Positions 48,730-61,051 of a stretch of 64,000 nucleotides of DNA are shown piece after piece. The notes beneath the pieces were generated by a model. That model was not told where the DNA came from and did no database searches. It saw nothing but the letters and a program-made list of their open reading frames with translations. The translations under genes and the position numbers were made by a program. How positions within the stretch are numbered: the stretch's first letter is position 1; each line of letters begins with the position of its first letter. Source of the stretch: Chiloscyllium plagiosum (lineage: Eukaryota); assembly GCF_004010195.1 (NCBI RefSeq), contig NC_057749.1:23728999-23792998 (forward strand), written 5' to 3'.

Positions 48730-49630
48730 ATAGAGTCATACAGCACAGAAACAGACCGTTTGGCCCAACCAGTCCATGCCGAATATAATCCCAAACTCAA
48801 CTAGTCCCACCTGTCTGCTCCTTTTCCTATCCATCCTATCCAATGTCTTTTAAATGTTGTAATTGTTCCCAAATCTACCACTTCCTCTAGAAGTTCATTC
48901 CACACGTGAACCACTCTCTGTGCAAAAAAATGTTGCCCATCATGTCTTATTTAAATCTCTCTCCTGTCACTTCAAAAATGTGTCCTCTAGCCTTGAAATT
49001 CCCCACCCTTGGGAAACAACATTTCCCATTGACCCTATCTGTACCCCTCATGATCTTATATACCTTCATAAGGTTCTGGATGTAGGTTTGCTCACTGAGC
49101 TGGAAGGTTCATTTCCTGACATTTCATCATCCTACTAGGTAACATTTTCAGTGGGCCTCCGAGTGAAGCACTGCTGATAATTCCTACTTTCTATTTATAT
49201 GTTTGAGTTTCTTTGGGTTGGTGATGTCATTTCCTGTGGTGAATACATTTCCTGTTCTTTTTCTCAGGGGGTGGTAGATGGAATCTAACTCGATGTGTTT
49301 GTTGATAGAGTTCCGGTTGGTTCTATCAACAAACACATCGAGTTCGACCCCATCTACCACTCCCTGAGAAAAAGAATGGGAAATGACATCACCACAGGAA
49401 ATGTCATCACCAACCCAAAGAAACCCAAAAATATAAATAGAAATCAGGAATTATCAGCAGTGCTTCGCCCGGAGACTCACTGAAGATGTTACCTAGTATG
49501 GTGATGAAACATCTGGAAATGAACCTTTCAGCTCAGCGAACAAACCTACATCCAGAACCTCAACCTGAGCTTCAAATCTCAAAACTTGCTAACCTCTATA
49601 AGGTCGCTTCTCAACCTTCTACGCTGCACG
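48730..49630 (-). mobile_element. CR1 3' portion split by a palindromic PLE
   Basis: CR1 tail agagtcatacagcacagaaacagacc at 48732. The sequence resumes at aacctctataaggtcgc (49591). Confidence 0.85.
49072..49590. mobile_element. Large palindromic Penelope/Poseidon-type PLE (~245 bp arms)
   Basis: 49072-49310 is the reverse complement of ~49322-49560. Peptide SINKHIEFDPIYHSLRKR. Hammerhead remnant CTGAAGAtgttacctagtatggtgatGAAAC. Degenerate TSD acc(tt c/tct)ataagg. Confidence 0.88.
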
Positions 49631-49824
49631 AATCCAAAAAGGCTGCCAGACCTGCTGAGTTTTTCTAGCAATATCTATTTTTGGTTCTGATTTCTGACAT
49701 TCGCAAGTCTTTTGGGTTGTTTTTAAAATCAGAATTAGGGTTCCAGCCCATTTGCAACTCTTTCAGGTGAAGTAGCTCTTCTAACTGAAGGTGGGACTGG
49801 ATAACAGCCAGGCTTGGAGAAGCA

Positions 49825-49923
49825 GGGTTGAGAATGTGGAGCTGGAAAAGCACAGCAGGTCAGGCAGCATCTGAGGAGCAGGAGAATCAACGTTTTGGGC
49901 ATAAGCCCTTCATCAGGAATGAA
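49825..49923 (-). mobile_element. Single PLE terminal repeat insertion
   Basis: 13 bp TSD gcttggagaagca at 49812-49824 and 49924-49936. Confidence 0.88.
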
Positions 49924-50753
49924 GCTTGGAGAAGCATCAAAAAATGCCTATCTCCAAGATTAGATCCAGCCACCATACCATTTGCTCCATAGCCAATTGT
50001 CCGCTGATCTACATGTTAGCTTCACTAGTTATTTCTGTTGCGTTAAGTTAAAACTATCTTCTCCTTTCTTTGATGTATTAGTTGCCTGTTAAATAATATT
50101 TGATTCACCTTGATATTGCAATCATAAAAATAACGATTGCACCCACAGGTCACAGTGATGATGTTATGAGCCTGTCTGTTAAAGGATGCCTGTTAATGGC
50201 TGTGAGACACAGCACAACAGGTATTACAGAAGGAATCTCCACAGAAGGAATCTCTTTGTCACACAAACAGTGGTAATCTAAAACCCTCTCTCCCAAGCAG
50301 GTGCTGTAACTGTGAGTCAACCATACATATCAAAGCTGGTTTTGTCAGCCAGGTGTATCATGGGTCGTGTAACCAAAGTGGCAAGATGGAGTTAACGGTT
50401 CAGGCACGATCTAACTAAAGGGACTGACCCCCTTGATTATTCTCCTCCTGTCTCTACTTCCCATTTTTGAAGCAGGTACACAATTCTAACTGGGAAATCC
50501 ACAAATCATGTCCGCTGAATTTGTCATGGATATCAGCTTTCAAACCTTTTCCTTGAAGACCACTTCAAAGGTGGCAATCTTCCATCTACGCTTCAGAATG
50601 ATCCCATGCCTAAATATGGCTGAGTTGAAGTGTGTTCCATTTACAAGCCCAAAGTGTAATAGTTACAATAACATATATAAACACAGCTGCAGTGGTAAAC
50701 ATGGAATTAACAGCTCACTCCAGGTTTTCTCATCAGGCCAGCTCAGATAGATA

Positions 50754-50996
50754 GTGTGGAGCTGGAAAAGCACAACAGGCCAGGCAGCATCCGAGAAGCA
50801 GGAGAATCAACGTTTCGGGCAGAAGCCCTTCATAAGAAATTCCTCAGAGCTTCATCAGCCCTTCTTCGTGATGAAGGGCTTATGCCCGAAACGTGAATTC
50901 TCCTGCTCCTCGGAAGCTGCCTGACCTGCTGTACTTTTCCAGCACCACACTCTCAACTCTGATCTCCAGCATCTGCAGACCTCACTTTCTCCGAAA
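50754..50996. mobile_element. Palindromic PLE mini-element
   Basis: Inverted arms around ~50850. 12 bp TSD ctcagatagata at 50742-50753 and 50997-51008. Confidence 0.9.
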
Positions 50997-51071
50997 CTCA
51001 GATAGATACAAAGGGACATAATTTTGCTCACTTGTTTATGTTTAAACATTTAAACATTTAGCAATGGTTTG

Positions 51072-51653
51072 GATGGCATGATGGTTTGGTGGTTAGCACT
51101 GCTGCCTCACAGTGTCAGGGACCTGGGTTCAATTCCAACCTCGGGCGACTGTCTGTGTGGAGATTGCACATTCTCCCTGTGTCTGCGTGGGTTTCCTCCG
51201 GGTGCTCCAGTTTCCTCCCACAGTCCAAAGATGTGCAGGTTAGGTGAATTGGCCATGCTAAATTGCCCACAGTGTCCAGGGATGCGTAGGTTAGATGTAT
51301 TGGTCAGAGGTAAATCGAGGGTAGGGAATAAATCCCGGTGGAAGTGAGGGCTGGAGATTAGAGTGGTGTTGGAAAAGCGCAGCAAGTCAGGCTGTATCCG
51401 AGGAGCAGGAAAATCGACGTTTTGGGCAGGCGCCCTTCATCAGGAATTCATCAAAGCTTCATCAGCCCTTTTTCCTGATGAAGGGCTCCTGCTCAAAACA
51501 TCAATTTTCCTGCTCCTCGGATGCTACTTAACCTGCTATACATTTCCGGCACTACTCTAATCTTGAATAACTCTGGGTGGGTTACTCTTGGGAGGGATGG
51601 TGTGGACTTGTTGAGCTGAAAGGCCTTTTCCACACTGTTGGGATTCTATTCTA
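51072..51653 (+). mobile_element. HE1-type V-SINE interrupted by a palindromic PLE mini-element (~51341-51564)
   Basis: SINE head at 51072. The insert has arms gattagagtggtgttggaaaag and catttccggcactactctaatc, with degenerate TSD gaataaatcccggtgg/gaataactctgggtgg. Confidence 0.88.
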
Positions 51654-51849
51654 ATACTTGCATATATTGTAACCAAGAAAATTTGGTGGGTTGAGGCTTC
51701 GATACAACACTACAGTTCAGTGTCAGCTTCACACATCACACAACACTGTGTCAGCAAGCACTATTACCACAACTACCCTGTGTAGCAAGTTTACTTAGGA
51801 AGAGTTAATGTCTCATATTTCTCATAAACTGCTGGATTTGAAAATAACC

Positions 51850-53072
51850 ACTGGGACAATGGGCTGAAGAGTGGCAAATGGAATTTAATTTGGATAAATG
51901 TGAGGTATTGCACTTCGGTAAAACAAACAAAGGGCAAAACTTATACAGTTAAAATTAGGGCCTTGGGTAGTGTTATAAAACAGAGAGACCTACAGGTTCA
52001 GGCACATAATTCTTTGAAGTTTGCATCACAGACAGACAGACAGGGTGGTTAAGAAGGCGTTCAGGACACTAGCCCTCATTGCTTAGACCATTGAGTATAA
52101 GACTTGGGATGTTACGTTGAGGTTGCCCAGGACATTGGTGAGGCTTGTTCTGGAGTACTGTGTTGCGTTCTGGTCTCCCTGTTATAGGAAGGATACTATT
52201 AAACTGGAGAGGGCTCAGAAGAGATTTGCTAGGACTTGCTGGGAATGGAGCTTTTGAGTTATAAGGAGAGGCTAGTTAGGCTGGGACTGTTTTTGATGGA
52301 GCAGAGGAGGTTGAGGGGTGACCTTATAGAGGTTTGTAAAATCATGAGGGGTTGAGATAAGATGAATAGCAGGTGGCTTTTCCCTCAGGTAGGGGATTTC
52401 AAGACTAGGGGGCATATTTAAGGTGAAAGGAGAAAGATTTTAAAAATGACATGAATGGCAATTCTTTTACACATGGAGTGTTTGGAATGAACTCCCAGAG
52501 GAAGTGATGGATGTGGGCTCCATTACAATGTTTAAAAGATATTTGGATACACACATGAATAAGAGGTATGCAAATGAAGGCATGTGGTACTAGTTTCGTT
52601 TTGGGTTATGGTCAGCATGGACTGGTTGGAACGAAGGGTCTGTTTCCGTGCTGTATGACACTTTTCCAGAACTGTAAACAATGGACCTATACTGCTCTTG
52701 GTTAACTGATCTATAATGAAACTATATTATTGTTTTTCTCTATTTTAATTTGAGTAATTCCAGAATGTTGAAGAGCAATATTCCATCAACCATTCACAGG
52801 TAGGGGATTTCAAGACTAGGGGGCATATTTAAAGTGAAAGGAGAAAGATTTAAAAAAGACATGAATGGCAATTTTTTTACACATGGAGTGTTTGGAATGA
52901 ACTCCCAGAGGAAGTGATGAATGTGGGCTCCATTACAATGTTTAAAAGATATTTGGATACACACATGAATAAGAGGTATGCAAATGAAGGCATGTGGTAC
53001 TAGTTTCGTTTTGGGTTATGGTCAGCATGGACTGGTTGGACCGAAGGGTCTGTTTCCATGCTGTATGACTCT
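51850..53072 (+). mobile_element. CR1 RT/3' portion with locally duplicated 3' end
   Basis: QWAEEWQMEFNLDKCEVLHFGKTN at 51857. 52388-52659 is repeated at 52797-53068. Confidence 0.9.
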
Positions 53073-53484
53073 ATTCTGGAGTGCTGTATAGCTCTGGTGG
53101 AGACATAAGGAGTAAACTCTTCCTCAGGACACACATTCATTGACAGTGATTGTTATGTGGAGCCCTGATCTTTCATCTTTGTTCCATTGTTCACATCCCT
53201 TCCTTCTGGGTCTAACCTTGCATAGTTCCGAGACCTGACACTGTAACTTCTACTCCTCTGTCTGAAGACGTGAACTGATATACGTGGGACCTTTACCTGC
53301 ATCTAACTGATGTTAAACTTTTTGAACTCCAATTCTTAACACCCTATCACAGGTTCGAACCTTGCAACAAAATTTCAAGACATTCCTAGATTTCCCAGAA
53401 CATTCTCTCTTCATCTGAGTCAGGTATCAAATGCCCAATCAGACTTTATTTAAAACAAACACAGACTCTCTCCTTCCTATTAAC

Positions 53485-53848
53485 ATGGAACATAGAAAAG
53501 TACAGCACAGAACAAGCCTTTTGGCCCACGATGTTGTGCCGAGGTTTAATCCTAATGTAAAGTATAGTAAATTAACCTACGGACCCCTCAACTCACTGCT
53601 ATCCATGTGCATGTCCAGCAGTCGCTTAAATGTCCCCAATGACTCTGCTTCCACCACCACCGCTGGCAACGCATTCCATGCATTCACAACTCTCTGCGTA
53701 AAGAACCTACCTCTGACATCTCCTCTATACCTTCCTCCTAATATCTTCAAACTATGACTTCTCGTACCAGTCAATCCTGCCCTGGGGAAAAGTCTCTGGC
53801 TATTGACTCGATCTATTCCTCTCATTATTTTGTACACTTCGATCAGGT
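53485..53848 (-). mobile_element. CR1 LINE 3' end (same subfamily as 3672-3987)
   Basis: YKIMRGIDRVNSQRLFPRAGLTGTRSHSLKILGGRYRGDVRGRFFTQRVVNAWNALPA. Confidence 0.92.
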
Positions 53849-54514
53849 TTTATTTTGCTCTACCCATTCAGAAATGTGAGAAACCTCTGGAGCAGGTGGT
53901 ATATGAATCCAGGCCTCCTGTTTTAGAGGTAGGGGTACTACCATGGTTCTACAGGAGCCCTTCCAAGGACTTAATTCTCTGCATCAGAAGCCCCTGTTTA
54001 TAGATATGTTCTAGTTAACCCAGTCAGGGATGTAAAGACACAGTTCTGGAGCGGGTGGGACTTGAACCCAGTCTCCTCTCCCATTACCACTGTGCCACAA
54101 CAGCCAGATAGATATTTTTTCTAATGAGTCTGTCCAAAGATGTTATGACACATTTCTGTAGCAGGTGGGGCTTGAACCCAGACCTCTTGGCTCGGACGTA
54201 GAGACACTTCCTCTGAACAATATTAGCCTCTTCTTATTGAGCTGATTGATGGGTAATTGGGTGAGATACCACAACAGTGGGGGTGTCATGTTAGTTATGA
54301 CCTAACATACTGGTCCCAGACCGTGGAAAATATGGAATAATTTCACACACTGACTGATTGCAGAGTATGGTATGTTGCAAAATTGAAGCATTTTATTGTG
54401 TTGTTTTCTGCAGTGCCCCGCTGATGGAGGGGTGTAAATAATGTTCTTAAAAATAGCTCTCTGCAGTGAATCGTGCAAGATGAGCTTCTGTCAGAAGAGT
54501 ACACACCAGAAATT

Positions 54515-54875
54515 GGGCAGCACCATGCCTGAGTGGTTAGCGCTGCTGCCTCACAGCACCAGGGACCTGGGTTCAATTCCACCCTTGGGCGATTGTCTGT
54601 GTGGAGTTTGCACATTCTCCCTGTGTCTGTGTGGGGTTTCTCCGGGTGCTCTGGTTTCCTCCCACAGTCCAAAGATGCAAGGTTAGGTGGATTGACCATA
54701 CTAAATTGCCTGTAGTATCCACAGATGTGCAGGCTAGGTGGATTAGCCATGGGAAATGCAGGATTACAGGAATAGGGTAGGAGCGGGGGGAGGTGGGTCT
54801 GGGTAGGATGCTCTTCGGAGGGTTGGTATGGACTCGATGGACCAAATGGCTTGCTTCCATACTGTAGGGATTGTA
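54515..54875 (+). mobile_element. HE1-type V-SINE
   Basis: Head, V domain and tail all present. Confidence 0.9.
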
Positions 54876-55611
54876 TACAAGGCTAGGATGGAATTTCCTT
54901 CTATATTTCACTGGAGAAATTAAGAATTGAGGAACCTTGAGACACTTTTCTGGAATTCTTAAAGTTGATTTTGAGAAAGTTTGAATGAGTGTTCCCTGTG
55001 CACATCATACACACAGCACAATATGTAATTGGATAAAAAAGGCATATCTGAGGAAAGTGGGTGACTGCACGCTCAAAAACAAGATGGATGTAATTATATA
55101 TTTTCGAAAGGCTAATGAAGTAGGAAAAGATGATAAAATAAATATCAGGATAGGTTCCAATACTTTAGATGTAGATTTTAAAAACAATGTTGTCCAAAAG
55201 ACCCCAGTTCAATGGAAGACAATGGAATTAATGAAATTCTGGATTCAAATGATCTCACAACTCAGGATGAAATTACACTGGGGGTTATGTTCCATCAAAG
55301 GAAATAGTTGCTAAGTGAAACTGTTGTGATTAAAGGAACTCTCTCTAACATGGATATGGTGCAGAGAGAAATAAAAAATTGTAGATGCTGGAATCCTGCC
55401 CAAAGCAGACAGGAGGAGGCTGGAAGAACACAGCAGGCCAGGCCGCATCAGGAGGCGGAGAAGTCAATGTTTTAGGAAATCAACCCTAGAAGTTTGTTAG
55501 TATCTATTGTTGGAAGGAATTTGTTTTTTTTGAATCAAAGGAATTTCATTTAAAATATTTAATGCATACTACTATTCTTAAATTGCTTGTGCTTTTTGAG
55601 AGTGAGAAATA

Positions 55612-56096
55612 CTTGATTTGATTTGATTTATTATTGTCACATGTACCAAGATACAGTGAAAAGTATTGCATTGTGTGCTAAGCAGACAAATCATACCTTA
55701 TATAACTACACCAGAGTAATAGACAGAAATATTGTGTTACAGTTGCAGAGAAAGATCATCTCTAATATATGAAAGGTCCATTCATAAATCTGATAACAGC
55801 AGGGAAGAAGCTGTTCTTAAATCTGTTGGTGCATGTTTTCGAACTTTTGTATCTTCTGCCAGATGGAAGAGATTATAACCGGGATGAGAAGGGTTGTGGA
55901 TGATGTTGGCTGCCTTCCTGAGGCAGTGGGAAGTGTAGATGGAGTCAATGGATGGAAGGTTGGTCTGTGCGATAGACTGGGCTGTGTTCACAACTCGCTG
56001 TAGTTTCTTGTGGTTCTGGGCACAGCAGTTGCTGTACCAAGCTGTGATGCATCCAGATAGGATGCTTTAGGTGGTTCATCTATAAAAATTGGTAAG
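55612..56096 (-). mobile_element. Rex1/Babar LINE 3' fragment
   Basis: NTAQSIAQTNLPSIDSIYTSHCLRKAANIIHNPSHPGYNL with an (atttg)n tail at ~55612. Confidence 0.9.
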
Positions 56097-57414
56097 AGAT
56101 GCAACAATTGCCAGATATCATTTTGGAGGCTGATTGCATTATTGCCTGAACCTCCTAACCTTTGTACTTACTTACAAAGGAACTGAACCTTGAGAACCCC
56201 TTTCCTTCCTTCCCATTATAGTGTCAGCTGCTATTTCCAGTACTTATCAAAAACAGCTTAGGAATTCAGTGGTCTAGCTCTGTATCACATTTTCACTGTT
56301 TGCTTATCTTTTGTTGAACTAGTCTCTGTAGTTTAAAAATAACTAGTTAATAGTATCCTTTATGTGAAACTGAGAAACTCAAAGAGCTTCTTTGATTCAT
56401 CTTCTCGTTTGTTTTCAGAAAATAAAACAGACTGATGTGTGTTACTACAGAGACAGCATACAAATTTCCCACCGTAAAAATGTATATTTTTATTTAAGAA
56501 AGTTATTTTTGAGTCCGCAATATAATCAAAACAATTCCAGGCAATTATCTATGGCTGTCTTTCCCTGCCAGTTAGGTTCTGTCTTCAAAATATAAATTAA
56601 ACTTCTGGTGAAAGTTGAAGAAAGAATTTGTAATTCTGGTGTACCATATCATGCTATCAACTTTCCCTATCTTACAAGTTATTCTGTTGTATAGTTGTTG
56701 TTAAGAAAACTAAAAGTAAATTATTACCTGAAAAAATAATTCCCACATCTGGCTTTCAAGGCATTGAGCTAAACAGACACAAAAATCCCCATTGAAGAAA
56801 TAAAGGCATCAAGCTGAACTCTGAGGGAATCATCCTGAGTTTTGCCGGAAGGTTCTATCCTCATGGGCTGATAGCTGTGTGAAAACTGTAACTCCAAACT
56901 CAGGCTTTGAAGAGAAGGTGAGGCCTACAAGGTAAAATCACAGTGAAGGGTTTCAAGGAGACAACTAACTTTTCATGTATAAGACTAATCATAATCTTGT
57001 GGAAAAAAATCATTTTAATATGTTACCGCACCTCTACAGGTTGATGAAATGGGAGCATTTCTCATACGGCAAGTTGAATGATGCACTTGCCTCAATTTCT
57101 CTTTTTAAATGAATTTGCAGCTTTTGAAATTCCAATCAATACATTTCAAAACTGATCTATAAAATTTCAAATCAATCAAAAAATTAGGATCAATTAATTT
57201 TTAAAAGTGCAAATCCAGGACACATTGACTGACCATCTCCTGGGAATATTGAGTTTCACATGAAGGAATTCTGAGTGGAAAGTGTTGTGGAACAGAGAGA
57301 CCTAGGGGTTCAGGTACATAATTCTTTAATATTTGATTCAAAGGTAGATAGTTAAGAAGGTGTTTAGCACACTTGCCTTCACTGCTCAGACCTTTGAGTA
57401 CAGGAGTTGGGATA

Positions 57415-60276
57415 AGAACAAAAAAACAAAGAAAATTACAGCACAGGAACAGGCTCTCTGCCCCCCCAAGCCTACGCCAATCCAGATCCTCTATCTAAAC
57501 CTGTAGCCTATTTTCCAAGGATCGGTATCCCTCTGCTCCCTGCCCATTCATGTATCTGTCTTGATACATCTTAAATGTCGCTTTCATGCCTGCCTCGACC
57601 ATTTCCGCTGGCAACACATTCTAGGCACCCACCATCCTTTGCGTAAAGAACTTTCCACACATATTTCCCTTAAACTTTTCCCCTCTCACCTTGAACTCAT
57701 GACCCCTAGTAATTGAGTCCCTCACTCTGGGAAAAAACTTCTTGCTATCCACCCTGTCTTTACCTCTCATGATTTCGTCGACCTCAATCAGGTCCGCCCT
57801 CAACCTCCATCTTTCTAAAGAAATTAATCCTAATTTACTCAACCTCTCTTCATAGTTAGTGCCCTCCGTACCAGGCAACATCCTGGTGAACCTCCTCTGC
57901 ACCCTCTCCAAAGCATCCACATCCTTTTGGTAATGTGGTGACCAGAACTGTATGCAGTATTCCAAATGTGGCCAAACCAAAGTCCTGTACAACTGTAACA
58001 TGACCTGCCAACTCTTGTACTCAATACCCCGTCCGATGAAGGAAAGCATGCTGTATGCCTTCTTGGACCACACTACTGACCTACGTTGCCACCTTCAGGG
58101 AACAATGGACCTGAACATCCAGATTGCTCTGTTCATCAATTTTCCCCAGGACTTTTCCATTTACCATGTAGTTCGCTCTTAAATTGGATCTTCCAAAATG
58201 CATCACCTCACATTTGCCCGGATTGAACTCCATCTGCCATTTCTCTGCCCAACTCTCCAATCTATCTATATTCTGCTGCATTCTCTGATAGTCCCCATTC
58301 ACTATCTGCTACTCCACCAATCTTAGTGTCATCTGCAAACTTGCACAGACCACCTATACCTTTCTCCAAATCATTTGTGTATATCACAAACAATTGTGGT
58401 CCCAGCACAGATCGCAGAGGAACACCACTGGTCACAGGTCTCCATTTTGAGAAACTCCCTTCCACTACTACTCTCTGTCTCCTGTTGCCGAGCCAGTTCT
58501 CTATCCATCTAGCTAGTACACCCTGGACTTCATGCAACTTCACTTTCTCCATCAGCTTACCATGAGGAACCTTATCAAACGCCTTACTGAAGTCCATGTA
58601 TATGATATCTACAGCCCTTCACTCATCACTCTCTGGTCATAGCTACCACCCTCCATACCAGGCAACATCCTAGTGAACCTCCTCTGCACCCTCTCCAAAG
58701 CATCCACATCCTTCTGGTAATGTGGTGACCAGAACTGTACACACTTTGTCATTTCCTCAAAGAATTCTATTAAGTTGGTAAAACATGACCTTCCCTGCAC
58801 AAAACCACGCAGCCTATCACTGATAAACCCATTTTCTTCCAAATGTAAATAGATCCTATCACTCAGTATCTTCTCCAGTAGCTTCCTTACCACTGACACT
58901 GGGCTCACCAGTCTATAATTACCTGGATTATCCTTGCTACCCTTCTTAACAAGGGGATAACATTAGCAATTCCCCAGTCCTCCAGGACCTCACCCNNNNN
59001 NNNNNNNNNNNNNNNNNNNNNNNNNGCTCTGTTCATCAATTTTCCCCAGGACTTTTCCATTTACCATGTAGTTCGCTCTTAAATTGGATCTTCCAAAATG
59101 CATCACCTCACATTTGCCTGGATTGAACTCCATCTGCCATTTCTCTGCCCAACTCTCCAATCTATCTATATTCTGCTGCATTCTCTGATAGTCCCCATTC
59201 ACTATTTGCTACTCCACCAATCTTAGTGTCATCTGCAAACTTGCTAATCAGACCACCTATACCTTTCTCCAAATCATTTGTGTATATCACAAACAATAGT
59301 GGTCCCAGCACAGATCGCAGAGGAATACCACTGGTCACAGGTCTCCATTTTGAGAAACTCCCTTCCACTACTACTCTCTGTCTCCTGTTGCCGAGCCAGT
59401 TCTCTATCCATCTAGCTAGTACACCCTGGACTTCATGCAACTTCACTTTCTCCATCAGCCTACCATGAGGAACCTTATCAAACGCCTTACTGAAGTCCAT
59501 GTATATGATATCTACAGCCCCTCAATCATCACTCTCTCGTCATAGCTACCACCCTCCATACCAGGCAACATCCTAGTGAACCTCCTCTGCACCCTCTCCA
59601 AAGCATCCACATCCTTCTGGTAATGTGGTGACCAGAACTGTACACATTTTGTCATTTCCTCAAAGAATTCTATTAAATTGGTAAAACATGACCTTCCCTG
59701 CACAAAACCACGCAGGCTATCACTGATAAACCCATTTTCTTCCAAATGTAAATAGATCCTATCACTCAGTATCTTCTCCAGTAGCTTCCTTACCACTGAC
59801 ACTGGGCTCACCAGTCTATAATTACCTGGATTATCCTTGCTACCCTTCTTAACAAGGGGATAACATTAGCAATTCCCCAGTCCTCCAGGACCTCACCCGT
59901 GTTCAAGGATGCTGCAAAGATATCTGTTAAAGCCTTAACTATTTCCTCTCTTGCTTCTCTGAGGAACTTGGGATAGATCCCATCTGGACCTGGGGACTTG
60001 CCCACCTTAATGGCTTTTAGAATATCCAACATTCCTCCTTCCTAATGCTGACTTGATTGAGAGTAATCAAACATCTATCCCTAAACTCAAAATCCACCAT
60101 GTCCCTCTCTTCAGTGAACACTGATGCAAAGAACTCATTAAGAATTTCACCCATTTTTTCTGACTCCACGCATATCTTTCCTCCTTTGTCCTTGAATGGG
60201 CCAACCCTTTCTCTAGTTACCCTCTTGCTCCTTATATACGAATAAAAGGTTTTGGGATTTTCCTTAACCCTGTTTG
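57415..60276 (-). mobile_element. Long CR1 ORF2 RT region with gap-associated duplication
   Basis: RVKENPKTFYSYIRSKR, KSPGPDGIYPKFLRE, MDFSKAFDKVPHG, KFADDTKIGG, QMEFNPGKCEVMHFG and LEYCIQFWSPHYQKD. Several frameshifts. Confidence 0.95.
58996..59025. other. Assembly gap (30 N)
   Basis: N run. Confidence 1.
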
Positions 60277-60842
60277 TCATATTGAGGTTGTACAGGACGT
60301 TGATGAGGCATCTTCTGGAATACTGTGCGCAGTTGTGGTCACCCCGTTATAGGAAGGATATTATTAAATTGGACACGGTTCAAAAAAGATTTATCAGGAT
60401 GTTGCTGGGAATGGAGGGCCGGATAGGGTGGAACATTTTTCACTGGAAGACAGGAGGTTGAGGGGTGACCTTATAGAGGTTTATCAAATCATGAGGGGTA
60501 TAGATAAGGTGAATAGCAAAGATCTTTTCCATAGGGTGGGGGAGTTCCAAACTAGGCGGCATATTTTTTAAGATGAGAGGAGAAAGATTTAAAAAGGACC
60601 CGAGGGCCAATCGTTTTTACACAGAGAGTGGTTTGTGTGTAGAATGGACTTCCAGAGGATGTGGTGGATGCAGTTACGGTTACAGCATTTAAAAGACATT
60701 TGGGATAAGTTCATGAATAGGAAAGGATTGCAGGAATATGTGCCAAATGCAGGAGGTGGGATTAGTTTAGTTTGGGAACATGGTTTGGTGTGGGCTGGTT
60801 GGATCGAAGGGTCTGTTTCCGTGCTGTATGGCTCTATAACTC
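60277..60842 (+). mobile_element. CR1 LINE 3' portion
   Basis: VILRLYRTLMRHLLEYCAQLWSPRYRKDIIKLDTVQKRFIRML followed by a (tatggctctataactc) tail. Confidence 0.92.
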
Positions 60843-61051
60843 TCTGATTGTATTAGCAGTGCAAATCCGGGACATGGTGACTGACCAACTCCTGGGAATA
60901 TCGAGTGTGCAATTGGGACCACTCTAGAGTCCGACTGAGCTGATTCTCCCTGGGCCTCACATTTGAGTGGGCTTTTATCTGGAGCTGCACCACGTGTTGC
61001 AATTTTTCCAACGTCATTAAAATAACAAGCTAAGGTCCCGAGAATGCCTGA

